Below, one piece after another: positions 1-12,889 of a DNA stretch of 64,000 nucleotides. The notes beneath the pieces are model-generated. The model saw only the letters and a program-made list of their open reading frames with translations. It was not told where the DNA came from and made no database searches. A program made the position numbers and the translations under genes. The DNA is taken from the NCBI RefSeq assembly GCF_001194135.2, contig NC_068985.1, forward strand, positions 78,810,618 through 78,874,617, written 5' to 3'. Source of the stretch: Octopus bimaculoides. Its lineage: Eukaryota. Within the stretch, counting starts at the first letter, position 1. The number at the start of each line of letters is the position of its first letter.

Positions 1-642
1 GTATATACATACATATATATTTGCACAAAGGTATACATATGTGCCTGTAGTATCTGCATGTTGTTATATTCATATCAGATAATTACTAAAGATATATCTG
101 TATTGATGGGCTTATATATTTGTAATATATTTACATAAACATATATTTATGCCAGTTGGTATTTTATATGTGCATCTATATATGTACATGTGTATATCTT
201 TCACTTATTCTCTCTGTATGCATGTACACATACAACTATATTTCTTTTGTTCCCACCTCCCACCAATGTTTTTAAACATCTGCTAGTGTTCCTTTTATTT
301 ATTCCTTGCTCTGACCATTGATTTTCCCCTCAACATGTTACTTCTTCCTTCTTACTAAACCTAATTTATTTATCCTTCAATCTCATTTGACATTTTTCTC
401 TCCAACACAAAAGGTTGTTTTTCACAGTATAAAAATATATTCCACTGTTTGAATTATTTATATTACTTTTTGCCAAAACAAAACATCAGTAGTTTCCTTA
501 GGCTCCACTGTTTTATTATGTCCAACTGTTTTGTGACATTATCCTTAAGCTACTTCTTCGATTGACTCTTCCCCTCTCTCTCAGAAGAAACCAAATTTAT
601 AGAGCGTTGGGTAACTGTTTAGAGAAACATTAGTTTATATAG

Positions 643-970
643 AGGCAGGAGTGGCTGTGTAGTAAGAAGTTTGATTCCTAATCTCATGGGTCCTGATTCA
701 GTACCACTGCATGGCACATTGGGCAAGTGTCTACTACAATAGACCCTGGCTATAATAGAAGACACTTATGAGTGGATTTGGCAGATATTAAACTACAAGC
801 CCATCATATATGTGTCTTTAGTTCACTACCACTGCTTGACAACCTCTGTTGGTTTGTTTACACCCCTATAATTTAGCAGTTTGGCATAAGAGATAAGCTT
901 TAAAAAAAGGGGGGCAGGGATCAATCTGTTTAATTAAAACCCTCCAAAGCAGTGCCCAAAATGGCTGCAT
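643..970 (+). mobile_element. SINE family A
   Basis: Homologous to 36711-37115. Confidence 0.75.
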
Positions 971-1064
971 CCCAATTAATTTTAATAAACAAAGCATTCT
1001 TGCCTATGAACCAACACAAAATTCTCACTGGATGTAAATAGACAACAGCAATATATAATCATTT

Positions 1065-1240
1065 CTACTAAAGGTACAAGGCCTGAAATTTTTGTGGAGG
1101 GGACTAGTTGATTACATCAACCCCAATGTTTCACTGGTACTTAATTTACCAACCCTGAAAGAATGAAATGTAAAGATGGACAAAATGCCATTAAGTATTT
1201 TACTTGACATGCTAATGATTCTGCCAGTTCATCACCTTAA
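1065..1240 (-). mobile_element. SINE family B (further single copies near 1850-2020, 4870-5040, 10845-10980, 11820-11990, 31495-31690, 33400-33530, 51700-51960, 63295-63480)
   Basis: Shared aggtacaaggcctgaaattt...gaaaggatgaaaggcaaagt...atttgaactcag motifs. Confidence 0.7.
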
Positions 1241-1633
1241 CAGCAATATATAATGACTATTATTTTGCAGTGCCAAGCACAAAACACCCTGACACTCAGC
1301 AAGCCTATGTTATAGGTCATGATCAAAGGTTTCACACTTCTTGGAAATTTATCAATGACATTGGCAGCCTTAGTGAAATCACTGCCATCAATTTTATATC
1401 AGCTTTTTCATGTGGACATGGAAAATCTGATATATTTTATTAGGCAATACTCGATAGCTGGATGCTCTTCCTGTTACCAACCATTATTTTCAAGTAAGTT
1501 ACTCTATTCTACTTTGCAAGCTGAACCATTGAGCTGCGAGACATTTTGATTCTGAGAGATATAAATGTTACCACTACTCAAAAAGTGTTAAGGCAAAGAC
1601 ATGGTGAGACAAACACACTTATGTATATAAATA

Positions 1634-1678
<45 letters not shown>

Positions 1679-2629
1679 ACTGGATTGCCTATGTTCAGTC
1701 CAGTGTAGGACAAGGGCCTTGGCATGTTCTCTCCACCAACTAGTTTGATATGGAGGCTGTGAATTTGAGCTTGAGATCATGCTGGTTTGAGCCTACTCTG
1801 CCACGTTAGCTCAACATGGCTTGACAGAAGGGGTGCAGTTTTTATCCTCTTACTCATGAGTAGTTAAGTTGATTACATTGACCCCAGTGCTCAATTGGCA
1901 TTTATCTTATTGACTCCAAAAGGATGAAAAGCAAAGCCAACCTTAGTGGGACTTGAACTCAGAACATAAAGACAGATGAAAACCCACTGAACATTTCATC
2001 CAGCATGCTAATGATTCTACCATATACATATATACACATACATACATATATACATACACACAAATACATGTGTATGTAGCAAGCTTCCTTACAGTTTTAG
2101 TCTACAAAATTGCATTCACAAGACATTGGTCAACCCAAAGATACAATAAAAGTCACTTGCTCAAAATGTCATATAGTGAGATCACATCCTGCTCCCAAAA
2201 TCCTATGGCTGCCAGTCAAACATCTTAACCACACAGAAATACCTTCATCTCTTTTAACTTTAATTTTTTGCACTTTCCTTTCATCATCGTATGTTTATAT
2301 AATCTCTGTGAATACCACCTAGTGCCTCATGTGCCATAGACTAACCACCAATGATATACACAATTGTTGTGACTATATTAGTCAAATGGATGTAGAGGTT
2401 TCTGATGATAATCCAATAAGATTCGAAAATCTATTAACCCATTACCTACCAGTGATCTCATATGAGATCACTTAAAAATTACAAATTTCGTAATTATCTG
2501 TCAATATTTACACATATCTAACCTTTTTGCTATATCTACTAGGTATATTTCTCTGATATTCAAATAAGGTTTGCTAACTTTTCACCCAGTATCTCACTTA
2601 TTTCTATTTAAAATGTTATTTTGATCATT

Positions 2630-2900
2630 CCAGCGTGTTTCTAAGGCTGTTTTATGCTAGAAATCAAAGTTTAATAAAAAAAAAATTCCACTTAATAGAA
2701 TTATGGGAGGTAATGGGTTAAGTATGTTCATCATTTTTACAAGCAGGACTCTAGCATGGCTACAGCCTTTGGACTGAAACATATAAAAGAATATATGACT
2801 CCATATAAGTGCCACTCTCTTACTGAGGCATAAAATAATTTTTGTACAACGTATGCATAAACAATTCTGACTTAGGATATTACTGCTACTCATATGATAA
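2630..2900 (+). pseudogene. pogo/Tigger (DDE_1) transposase relic
   Basis: TSRTLAWLQPLD*NI*KNI*LHISATLLLRHKII resembles TTSxLQPLDQGIIKNFKLHYRKLLLRH. Confidence 0.45.
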
Positions 2901-3491
2901 AACCTGGAGAGAACAACAAGTAAATTCTACTCCAGCAGGTTTAAAACTCATGACCAAGAGAACAGAAACTTAAGACTCTGATATGTTTAGAATATATTCC
3001 ACTGTGTCAATGGCTACCACTGTCTTTATGACATTTATAATCTTTTCTTACATTGGTACAAGTCCACAAATTTTAGTGAGGAAAGTGTAGTCAATTTAAT
3101 GAACCTTAGTACTTAACTGATACTAAAGAACAATAATAAGCATAGATGGTATTGGAGGAATTAGTAGTCAGAATGTAATGAAATATAAGTAATATGTACA
3201 GTCATTTATTCATTCCATCAAGTATGCTTATCATTACTATTTCATTATTGGTATACAATGTATATTATGTGTATTCATTCATTTTTATGTGTATTTTTCA
3301 TTATTGACATGGGTTAGATGAATATTTTCCCTGATGCTAATAAGCCATACCTGTTTTTAAAGTAAGAGGTCTGATGTTCTACATGGCACAAAACAAATAA
3401 AGGATTTAACAGGTGTGACAACACTGCTTAAAAGTCACAGTGTTCATAGAAGCAAGAACAAATGTAGACAAAACCACACATGTAGATAGGA

Positions 3492-3775
3492 GAAGACCCC
3501 CTTTGGTCATGAATGACCATGGGATTGCACCTAGAAAGTTACCCTCCGAGGCACAAGTCCGGGCAAGGTTGTTTGTGGAAGGCCAGCAGTCGCCCATGCA
3601 TACGGCCAATACAGCTTGGCACCAGTGATGTCGCAACTCATTTCTACAGCTGACTGGAGCAACATGAAATAAAGTGTCTTGCTCAAGAACACAACATGCA
3701 GCCTGGTCCGGGAATCGAACTAACAACCTCACAATCATAAGCTCAACACTCTAACCACTGAGCCATGCACCTTCA
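3492..3775 (-). mobile_element. tRNA-derived SINE family D
   Basis: tRNA-like head at the right end (ggaatcgaac...taaccactgagccat) and body gtgtcttgctcaagaacac; homolog at 37707-38015. Confidence 0.8.
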
Positions 3776-5269
3776 CATAGATACATGCATATATATATAC
3801 ATACATACACACATACATGATTTCCATTCACCAAATCTATTAACAAGGCTTTGGTTAGCCAGGAGCTATAGAAGACACATCCTCAAGGTGTCACACAGAG
3901 GGACTGAACCTAAAATCACAGGGTTGGGAAGCAAACTTTTTAACTACACAATCACACATGAGACTTCTGAAATTATGAAGTTGGGAAGCATGAAGACTTT
4001 TCTACCTGAAGAAACTTCAAATAATGAAGTAAAAGATATGAATCAAGTAAATTTAATAGCTATGCTCAACATGTATTGATTATTTTTATCTCGTTCATTA
4101 TAAACACAATGAAATATATATTATATATATTGGTACTCTTTTTATAGACTCTGGAGGGAACAAATACAAAGCTAGCATGGCAGAAGCCAATAAAAAAATA
4201 TTTTCATATGTGTATAGATATATATAATTATATTATATTATATATTTATTTATATGTATGTATGTATACATACCATACACGGACACACAAACTTTATAAA
4301 CCAGAATGATAAAGGTCAAAGTCATTATGGATCCAAATGGACTTTGTTTTAAATTTTTGTTGTCATTTTTATGCCATGAATGATTCAAATGATATCTTCC
4401 TCTCTTCATTTCACCAGCCTCAGAGGCTCAAGCAAAAAAGTCATGACTGTAACCATTCCTATTCTAATTTGACATTAAAAGTAAAAACAGAAGTTAATCC
4501 TAGTGCAAGAGTCCAGAACATTGATTTAGGAAAAGAAAACAATAAAATTTTTAAAAAACTTGAGAGTATGTGTGTGTGAGTTCTCATGTCTGTATCATCT
4601 TTTGGAAATTGAGAACTTCAAGCTAGAATCAAAGTTAATCTTCTGAACCATGAAGATTCATATGATTGTGAGGGTTTAACTTTGGTTTCCATTGTGCTGA
4701 TTGGATGAGAGATAAAAATTTCCCAGGATAAAACTGGTTTATTCGCAGGTAGCTTTTTCCCACAAGAGGAACTGAACTTGGCACTGCAAATTAATAAATC
4801 ATTCGTCGAGTTGACAGTACTACTTCTTGGAGTAGCAAATTGTTCCTATATTGGTTTCAAAGTTTCATACAAAGCCAGTAAGTTTAGAAGATGGGTTAGT
4901 TGATTAAATTGACCCATATTTCATCAACTGTGAATGGATGAAAGGAAAAGTCAACCTCGGTGGAATTTGAACTCAGAACATAAAGATGGGCCAAATGCCA
5001 CTAAGCATTTTGCCCAGTATGATTTTGCCAGTTTGTTGGCCACTTTTTGCTGTTCCTCTATTGCTGAAGTTAATTACAGCAAGTTGAGCTGGGACATTTG
5101 AGAGCTTAAGTGACCTGATCAAGGACAAATATATTGCAGTGTTGTGGATAGGGTATGAATGAACCATCAACTGCTCAGTCACTAATCAACTATTACAGCC
5201 ACTTAACTTTTACCATTGAAATGGTTTTACAACCAAGGAATTCACTTATTTAAATTTATTTTCCTAAAG

Positions 5270-5393
5270 GTGCTGATATGGTCGTGTCTTAAGAGGCTCA
5301 ATTCCCAACTGCATGGTTGCAGATTCTGCCCCACTGCATGGCACCTTGGCAAGTGTCTTCTACTATAGTGGATTTAGTAGACAGAAACTGAAA

Positions 5394-5425
<32 letters not shown>

Positions 5426-5586
5426 CATTTACACTCCCATAACTTAGTGCTTCAGCAAAAGAGATTGATATAATAAGTATCAAACTTAAAAAAAGTAAGT
5501 ATTGGGGTTGATTCATTTGACTAACAAATTCTTCAAGGTGGTGCTCCAGCATGGACACAATCTAATGACTGAAACAAGTAAAAGGT
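5270..5586 (+). mobile_element. SINE family A
   Basis: Homologous head, body and tail. Confidence 0.7.
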
Positions 5587-6348
5587 ATACCCTTCAGGTT
5601 TTTTGAAAAGCCTGTTTACTCAACAAGTTCAGGAACCCCAACTACAAACCCAAATTAGGAACTGCTGCTTTATCACATGTCCTTGGCAACATCCACAATG
5701 ACCACATCAGTCACTATTACATCCACTTGGTCCCTACTAACTCCGTCCTTTGTATTTTTTTGGACCTATGTGGACATTTTATTTATTATACAAATGAAGA
5801 TCTTTAAATGAAATGGTTGAACAAAAAGTTACTTATTATTATTATTATTATTCCTATTTGATGCACAAAGTTTTGTGAAAGTACCTAGGGTGCTTCATTC
5901 ACAATCACTAGATTGTGGGTTAGATTCCCAGACCGGACAGTGCAAAACACTTCATTTCATGCTGCTCTGTAATCATTTCGACATCTGACATGTGGCACAC
6001 TTGTGCATCTGTACAGGCAATATTGATTGATGGAGGGAGTGAGCTAATGTGTACAGCACATACATTTTATCACTATAAACAAATCATTTGGGCAGGTCAT
6101 TCAGCAAAATCTGACCACTCACATGTTATCTTTGATGGGAGATTCCATCATTATCATTCAATAGTTTCAGGCAAATTTCTACTGCATCACCTGGTACACC
6201 TCCATGTTCCTGAGATGTATGCGGCATTGTGTGTCCTTGTTTTTGTTGGTGGAGTACACTCTTCCCATTACTGTATTGCATCAGTTTGCTTTGTTGTGAG
6301 GCTTGGCTTGAGTTTTTTGTTGCATTAGTGCTGGTGTTGCATCTTGTT

Positions 6349-6367
6349 ATTATTATCATTATTATTT

Positions 6368-6422
<55 letters not shown>

Positions 6423-6452
6423 CAGCTGCAGCGACAATAACAATAACAGTAG
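6349..6452. repeat. Compound (ATT)n-(AGT)n-(AAC/AAT)n microsatellite
   Basis: Direct reading. Numerous other (TA)n, (CA)n, (GA)n and (CAT)n tracts occur, e.g. 1637-1676, 9790-9830, 28969-29016, 47730-47910, 48090-48330, 54794-54840, 55430-55500, 61670-61739, 62231-62345, 62900-63110. Confidence 0.95.
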
Positions 6453-6994
6453 CAGTGTTCCATTTGAAATTCAGCTATACCGAATTCCAGGTAATGTTTC
6501 TTAGTAATTTCCATACCTTTCTTCATGTGTGATTTCTCTGTTCTTGTAGAGTTGGAAGCAAGATATAAATGAGTGAGAAGAGTCAACAGTACCAACCAAC
6601 CAGCTAGGAAAGGGATTGGTTCATGAAGTAAAAGAAAAGAGATGGGAGCTGAAGGAAATAAGAATTGGTCATGAATAAAAAGTTCTGTGTATACATAAAG
6701 AGCTGAAAATGTGTGTGTAAATATATATATATATGTGTGTGTGTATGTAGATGATACTGCAATAATGAAAATCCAACAAACAAAATACAAAATTAAAACC
6801 AAGTATTAGTAATCAGAAAGTCATAATAATAATAAGAAGAATCAACACTAGAAAACAACAATTTTTTCCCACAATTATTATTATTAGTATTATTTTTTGC
6901 AAAAAATACCCTATGTTCTATGAACTGTTCTACAAAGCCAATATTATGTATTGTGCAATAATGATGATGATGATGATGATGATAATGGTTTCTT

Positions 6995-7620
6995 ATATAG
7001 GTACAAGGCCCGAAATTTGAGGGGAGATGTTAGTCGATTGAATCGACTCTAGTGCTTAACTGATACTTTATTTATTGAGTTCCTCATTCCCCACATTGGA
7101 AAGATGAAAGGCAAAGTCAACCTTGGCAAAATTACATGAACAATTACAAATAATAGATCTTTCTCGTTTTGGCACAAGGCCAGCAATTTTGAGAGGAAGA
7201 ATGGGGGAGGGGGTGCAAACTGATTATATTGACCCTGAAAGGACGAAAGGCAAAGCTGACCTTGGTGGCATTTGAACTGAGAATGTAAAGCCAGAAGTAA
7301 TGCTCACTAAGTGATTTGTCTGGCATGCTAATGATTCTGCCAGCTTGGTGCCTTAATACTACTACTATTACTACTACTACTACTACTACTAATAATAATA
7401 ATAATCCTTTTTACAATAGGTACAAGGCTTGAAATTTTAAGGGAGGGAATTAGTCGATTACATCAACCCCAGTGCTCAACTGGTATTTATTTCATCGACC
7501 CTGAAAGGATGAAAGACAAAATGAACCTCAGTGGAATTTGAACTCAGGACATAAAGACGGACAAAATGCCATGAAGCATTTTGCTCAGAATGCTAACAAT
7601 TCTGCCAGCTCACCCCCTTC
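6995..7620 (-). mobile_element. Pile of 3 SINE family B copies
   Basis: Reverse-complement copies separated by (ATT/ACT)n tails. Confidence 0.8.
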
Positions 7621-8009
7621 TAATAATAATAATAATAATAATAATAATGATGATGATGATGAGTTCTTACATAGGCACAAGGCTACACATTTGTAGGGTA
7701 AGGGGAAGTGGAGGGCCGCTTCAGTTGACTAAATCAACCCCCACTCCCACAGTGGATAGCCGCCAAAATTGATTTTGGCAAGATCTGAATCAGACTCAGA
7801 AGAGATGACACTTCAACACCACAACATGGCATTTAGTTCAACATTTAAACAATTCTGCTATTATTAATCAACCTTACAATAATAATAATAATAATATGTG
7901 CAGCATGCTACTCTAATTCCAAAAGTAACATTGGCCAACACAGATTAATTGAAAAACAAAGAAAAGAAAAAAAATATTTACTTGAGGTTGCAAATTATAG
8001 GATTTGATA

Positions 8010-9680
8010 TAACCTTATGGCTAATACCAAGGCCCTGTGATTATTACAAAGACTCTGTAGTAATGTGGATATTACCAAGGGCAAGTGGTTATTACCAAAG
8101 CCATGTGATATTACCAAGGCCATGTGATATTATTGCCAGAACTGTGTCATATTATTACCAAGGCTGTGTGATGTAGTTACCAAGACCATGTGATATTGTT
8201 ACCAAGGCTGTGTTATATTATTATCAAGGCTGGGTGATTATTATTAACAGATTTACATGATGTTAATTATCAAAGCCATGTGATCATTAATAGGGCAGTA
8301 TCATATTATGAAAATGGTGATAATATTATTTCCATCATTAAGATTATTACCATCAGCAGTAGCATTACCAGGTCTATTTGAAATTACCAAGACTATTATT
8401 TACCAAAACTGAGTGATACTGTCAAGATGGTCAAAATAAACATTATTGAATTTGTGCGGTATTACCACAGAATATAACTATGAAGTCCATGAAATAATTT
8501 GTCAAGGCTACAAAATATTTTACCAAGGCCACAAGATATTATCAAGGCCATGAATATTACGAGGTTTTTGCCATATTACAAACATGTTGATATTATCAAA
8601 TATCCAGTATTTCCAAGGCTGAATGATATGAAAAAGATGTAATTATTGCCTGAACTATGTGATATTACCAAAGCTGTGTGGTATTTCTGAAAGCTGTGAC
8701 ATTACCAAGACAATGATATAAATAATTATCAAATCTGTATAATATTAAGAAGGCCATAAGATTCTACAAAGTCTCTGATAATACTAAGACTATACATATT
8801 GCCAAATTGCATGGTGTTATTAAGGTCACAGGATATTTATGTGACCATATTGTAAAGGCCTGTTTAACCATTTGGCATTTAAACCAGCAACATCCCACCC
8901 AAATATTCTACTTGTGTCATGTACAAACCAGCCAGATCCAGCCTCTCACACTTACCCTACAATGTCACTCTAAAAATAAACAATCATACCATTGAAATCT
9001 TGTAGGTATGAGATAATGCATGATTAATTCAAAACAATGTGATTAAATAAGCATTACATTTGACAAAGTAATTTGAAATCTAAAGATTTAAAACAACAAA
9101 ACTGGTGATATTATAACTAAAATTTGTAGGATTATTATCCAAGTCTGTGTGATATGACCAGTGTTGGTGATGTTATCAAGGTTATTTGATATAACCAACA
9201 TAGTAACATAAAGAATGTGTAGAATTTAATAAAGTCACATTACCATATTTACACTGTATCAACCGGGCTGTATGAATTTATAAGACCTGTTTTATATCAG
9301 CAAGGCTGCATTATTCCCAAAGTTGTATATGATATCAACAAGTCTATGATATTATGAATAATGTATGTTATTACAAAGTTTATGTAGCATAATCAATGAA
9401 ATATCAACCAAACTACATGATATTTCCACTGATTTACTGATGAAGTGTAGCTTTATCAAAGATGTTTTCAACTGAGATACAATATTACCAATACTATATT
9501 ATTTAGTATAGCAACATTGTTATATAACTATGACTGTGTGATCTTAGGATGATTGTGATATAACAATAGGAGTAACATTATCAAGTCATAAAGTAGTACC
9601 AAAATCAAAATACAAGAATGCTACTAAAGCCCCAGGGTATCACCCATGACCATGAAATTATGCTTGGGGATAGCATCATT
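8010..9680. repeat. Degenerate 19-22-bp minisatellite, block 1
   Basis: Recurrent ATATT(ATT)ACCAAGGC(C/T)(A/G)TGTG units, clearest at 8025-8240. Confidence 0.85.
8868..9087. mobile_element. piggyBac-type MITE (TTAA-flanked) inserted in the satellite
   Basis: TTAA at 8864-8867 and 9088-9091; ends ccatttggcattt...aaatctaaagat; homologous to 52435-52651. Confidence 0.75.
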
Positions 9681-9784
9681 GTTGGGTATACATATATAGA
9701 GATACATACACACACGCACATAATACATGTAATTTATATTCATGGATTATACGTATATACACACACATATACACAGATATACAC

Positions 9785-9840
<56 letters not shown>

Positions 9841-10280
9841 ACACACAGATACAACATGGGCTTTCCTCCTTTTTTTTCCAGCAAGAAACTAATACAACAT
9901 TTATCAAAACTTGCCCCTACCATGTTGTCTTCTCTTTGTGCATGTTGCCTTCTTAGTATATATATATATATATATATAAAATCATAATTACAGACATCTC
10001 AAAAGTAAATAGATGGTCCTCCTTATACTGATTTATCTCTGCAGACACAACTCATTAGTACCATGCCAAAATGGGTTAAACCATTAAATAGCTGCACAAG
10101 ACATATCTACTAAATACTAGATTAATTATTTAAATGCATAAAATGACATTATCTTGATTATAGACATAGGTTTTTCAAGAATGGTGTCTATTTACTTTTG
10201 AAATTTCTGTGTGTATACAAGTGTGTGTGCGTGTGTATATATATATATATACACACACATATATTAGTTGCTATTATGTT

Positions 10281-10630
10281 AAACTGTCGTATGTCCAAAT
10301 TTGGCCAAATGTGTTTTTTCCAATATTTAATTTTGCTTGAAATAGCTGGTTCTTTTGGTCAAACTATCATATCTCCAGCTGCTTCAGATGAATATTGTCT
10401 AAGTGTAGTGCAACAGTTTAGCATTTTTCAAAAGTGTAGTAAGCCCTACATACGACAGTTTTGCAAAAATATTTCTGTCTGAAAATATCATACATGCATG
10501 TAGTTACGATTTTATGCACCCACAAAGTATTATTGTTAAGCTGAAACTGTTGCTAATGTAAAAAGAAATGAATGGGTAAGTCTATTTTTTAACTTTCTGA
10601 AAAAGAACATTTTGGACTTACGACACGTTT
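10281..10630. mobile_element. MITE with ~20-bp TIRs and an internal third copy of the TIR
   Basis: aaactgtcgtatgtccaaa (10281) versus tttggacttacgacacgttt (10611-10630); internal perfect 14-bp inverted copy at 10448-10461. Confidence 0.6.
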
Positions 10631-10689
10631 GCATTATAGCAATAATGTATGTGCGTATAAATACATACATATATATATATATTACACAC

Positions 10690-12290
10690 TCACATACAGT
10701 CATGATACTGCTTATCTATGTGATATTAATAAAGCCATGCCTTTGCAATATGAAAACAATATTACTAAAATCATGACACTACCTAGGCAGTAGGATATTA
10801 CTGCAGACTATGATATCCGTGTCTAACCTTGGTGCATGGTTATATATTTTAGAGGAGAGTACAGTTGATTAAACCACTCTTTGTATTGGACTGGTATTAT
10901 ATTTTATCAACCCAGGAAGGACGAAAGACTAAGTTGACTTGGCTGCTCCATCTTTCTGTCAATTCTGCTAATCAACCTACCATGATATCAATGTTACTAA
11001 AGCCAAGACAATCTCATAGGCTGTGATAATTTTATCCTGTGGGCTGTGTGATATTAACAAAGTTATAGATCATATTACCTTAACAACAATGTTATTTAAG
11101 CCATGATATCACATTGTCTGTGTGATATTAATATAATTGTATTACCTTGACAACAATGTTATTAAAATTATGGTATCACATGGGCTGTTTAATATTAACA
11201 AGAGCATTATATTACTTTGACAACAATGTTATTAAAGCAATGATATCATGCTGGCTGTGATATTAACAGAAACATATTATTACCATGAGATAATCTTATT
11301 ATTAACACCATGGTTACAAGACAGGTTATGTGATATACACAAAACTATATTACCTTCATAACAATGTTATAAAAAAAAACTAACTTGGCAATGTTATTAA
11401 ATCTATTGTATTACATGGGCTGTGTGATATTAACAAGACCATGCTATTACCTTCGCAACAAGGTCATTAAAGCTATAGTATCACATGGGCTGTGTGATAT
11501 TAAGAGAACAATGATATTTCTATGGTGACATTGTCATTAAAATTATTGTATCACATGGGCTGTGTGACATCAACAAGAAATGATATTAACCATGGGATAA
11601 ACATGAAAACTTGGGTATTACATGGGCTGTGTAAAATTAACCACGACCCATGATAATACTTAACAACAATCTTACTAAGGCCATGATACCATCTAGGTTT
11701 TATGATATTAATTAATATAACAATGACAATGATTTTCTTAAAGCTAACACATTACCAACAGTCAACAATAGTAGATAGCCCATATGATGTCACATGGACC
11801 ATGTGATATTTCTGAAAGAGAATTGAACAGTGTAATCGATTCAATTAATCAGTGTATTACTGGTATCTATTTTTAACCAAAAAGCAAAGTTGACCCTGCA
11901 AGGATTTGAATTCAGATGGGTGCAACTAAATTATCTACAACATATAGTCGAAATGCTCTACTATTTTCGCCAACTCACTGCCCTCTAGGCTGTGCAATAT
12001 TAAGATGACCACAATATCACTATGACAATGATATTATCGAGACTATAAGGCATTATCAATACTCTGATATTACCGATATCTCGATATTATCAACAGACAA
12101 CATTAACCAACAACGCCATGATACCACTTTAGGCTGTGTGATATTTAACTAGGCAGTTAGTGACATTATATACAAAGGCTCTATAGTATTCACCAGGGCT
12201 GTGAAAATAATAACAAGGCCATGAGATTATTACCAGGGTTGTGTGCGATATTATTACCAAGTCTATAATACCAAAAGTATCACGTTATCA
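10690..12290. repeat. Same satellite, block 2, with ~67-70-bp higher-order periodicity
   Basis: catgggctgtg-type motif recurs at 11112, 11179, 11247, 11414, 11484, 11554 and 11621. Confidence 0.85.
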
Positions 12291-12889
12291 TGACAAGAAC
12301 AAGAAGAAAAACAAAGAAAAAAAAGAACCAGGATAATTTGCTTTTCTTTTGAGAGATGAGAGGGAGAGAGAGAGTGAGAGAGAGAGAGAGAGATAGAAAG
12401 AGAAACAAAGAGAAATAAAAATAAATTCAGAGGGAAAAGTTAGATTTGGTTAAATTCCTTTGAATTGTTGTTTTAAAATCAGTTTGGAGTATAGCAACTC
12501 TTTCTCTTAGTTCCTCAAACTGTAGGTTCTTTTCTGAAGATGTTCATTATCTAAGACAGAGAAAGTATATATGAAAAATATATGTAGAGTGAGAAAGAGA
12601 GCCAGAGAAAAAGAGAGTTCATGAGGCAGAGATAGAGAGAGAGAGAGACTGAGAGTAAGAGAGAGAGAGAGACTGAGAGTAAGAGAGAGATAGAGATAGA
12701 CAGAGAAAAAGAGAGGGAGAGAGAAGAATTGTGGTTATTGTCTTCTTAGTCTTATTGCAACTCTTCAGATATGTTATTAATTTTTTTCTCTTTTTTTCTT
12801 TTTTACATTTAGAATAATATGGTTCTTCATTCATACTGCACCCCCCACCATCCCCACACTTTAGTATTGTTTCCCCCCACTCAGCATTT

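Noticed and set aside
5990-6802. Overlapping ORFs with poly-S/L/V/Y runs
   Set aside because: They are translations of the (AGT)n/(ATT)n microsatellite and an adjacent SINE.
8010-12290. CRISPR-like array or repetitive coding sequence
   Set aside because: There are no constant repeats with unique spacers, no cas genes and the context is eukaryotic. Unit lengths vary and stops occur in all frames.
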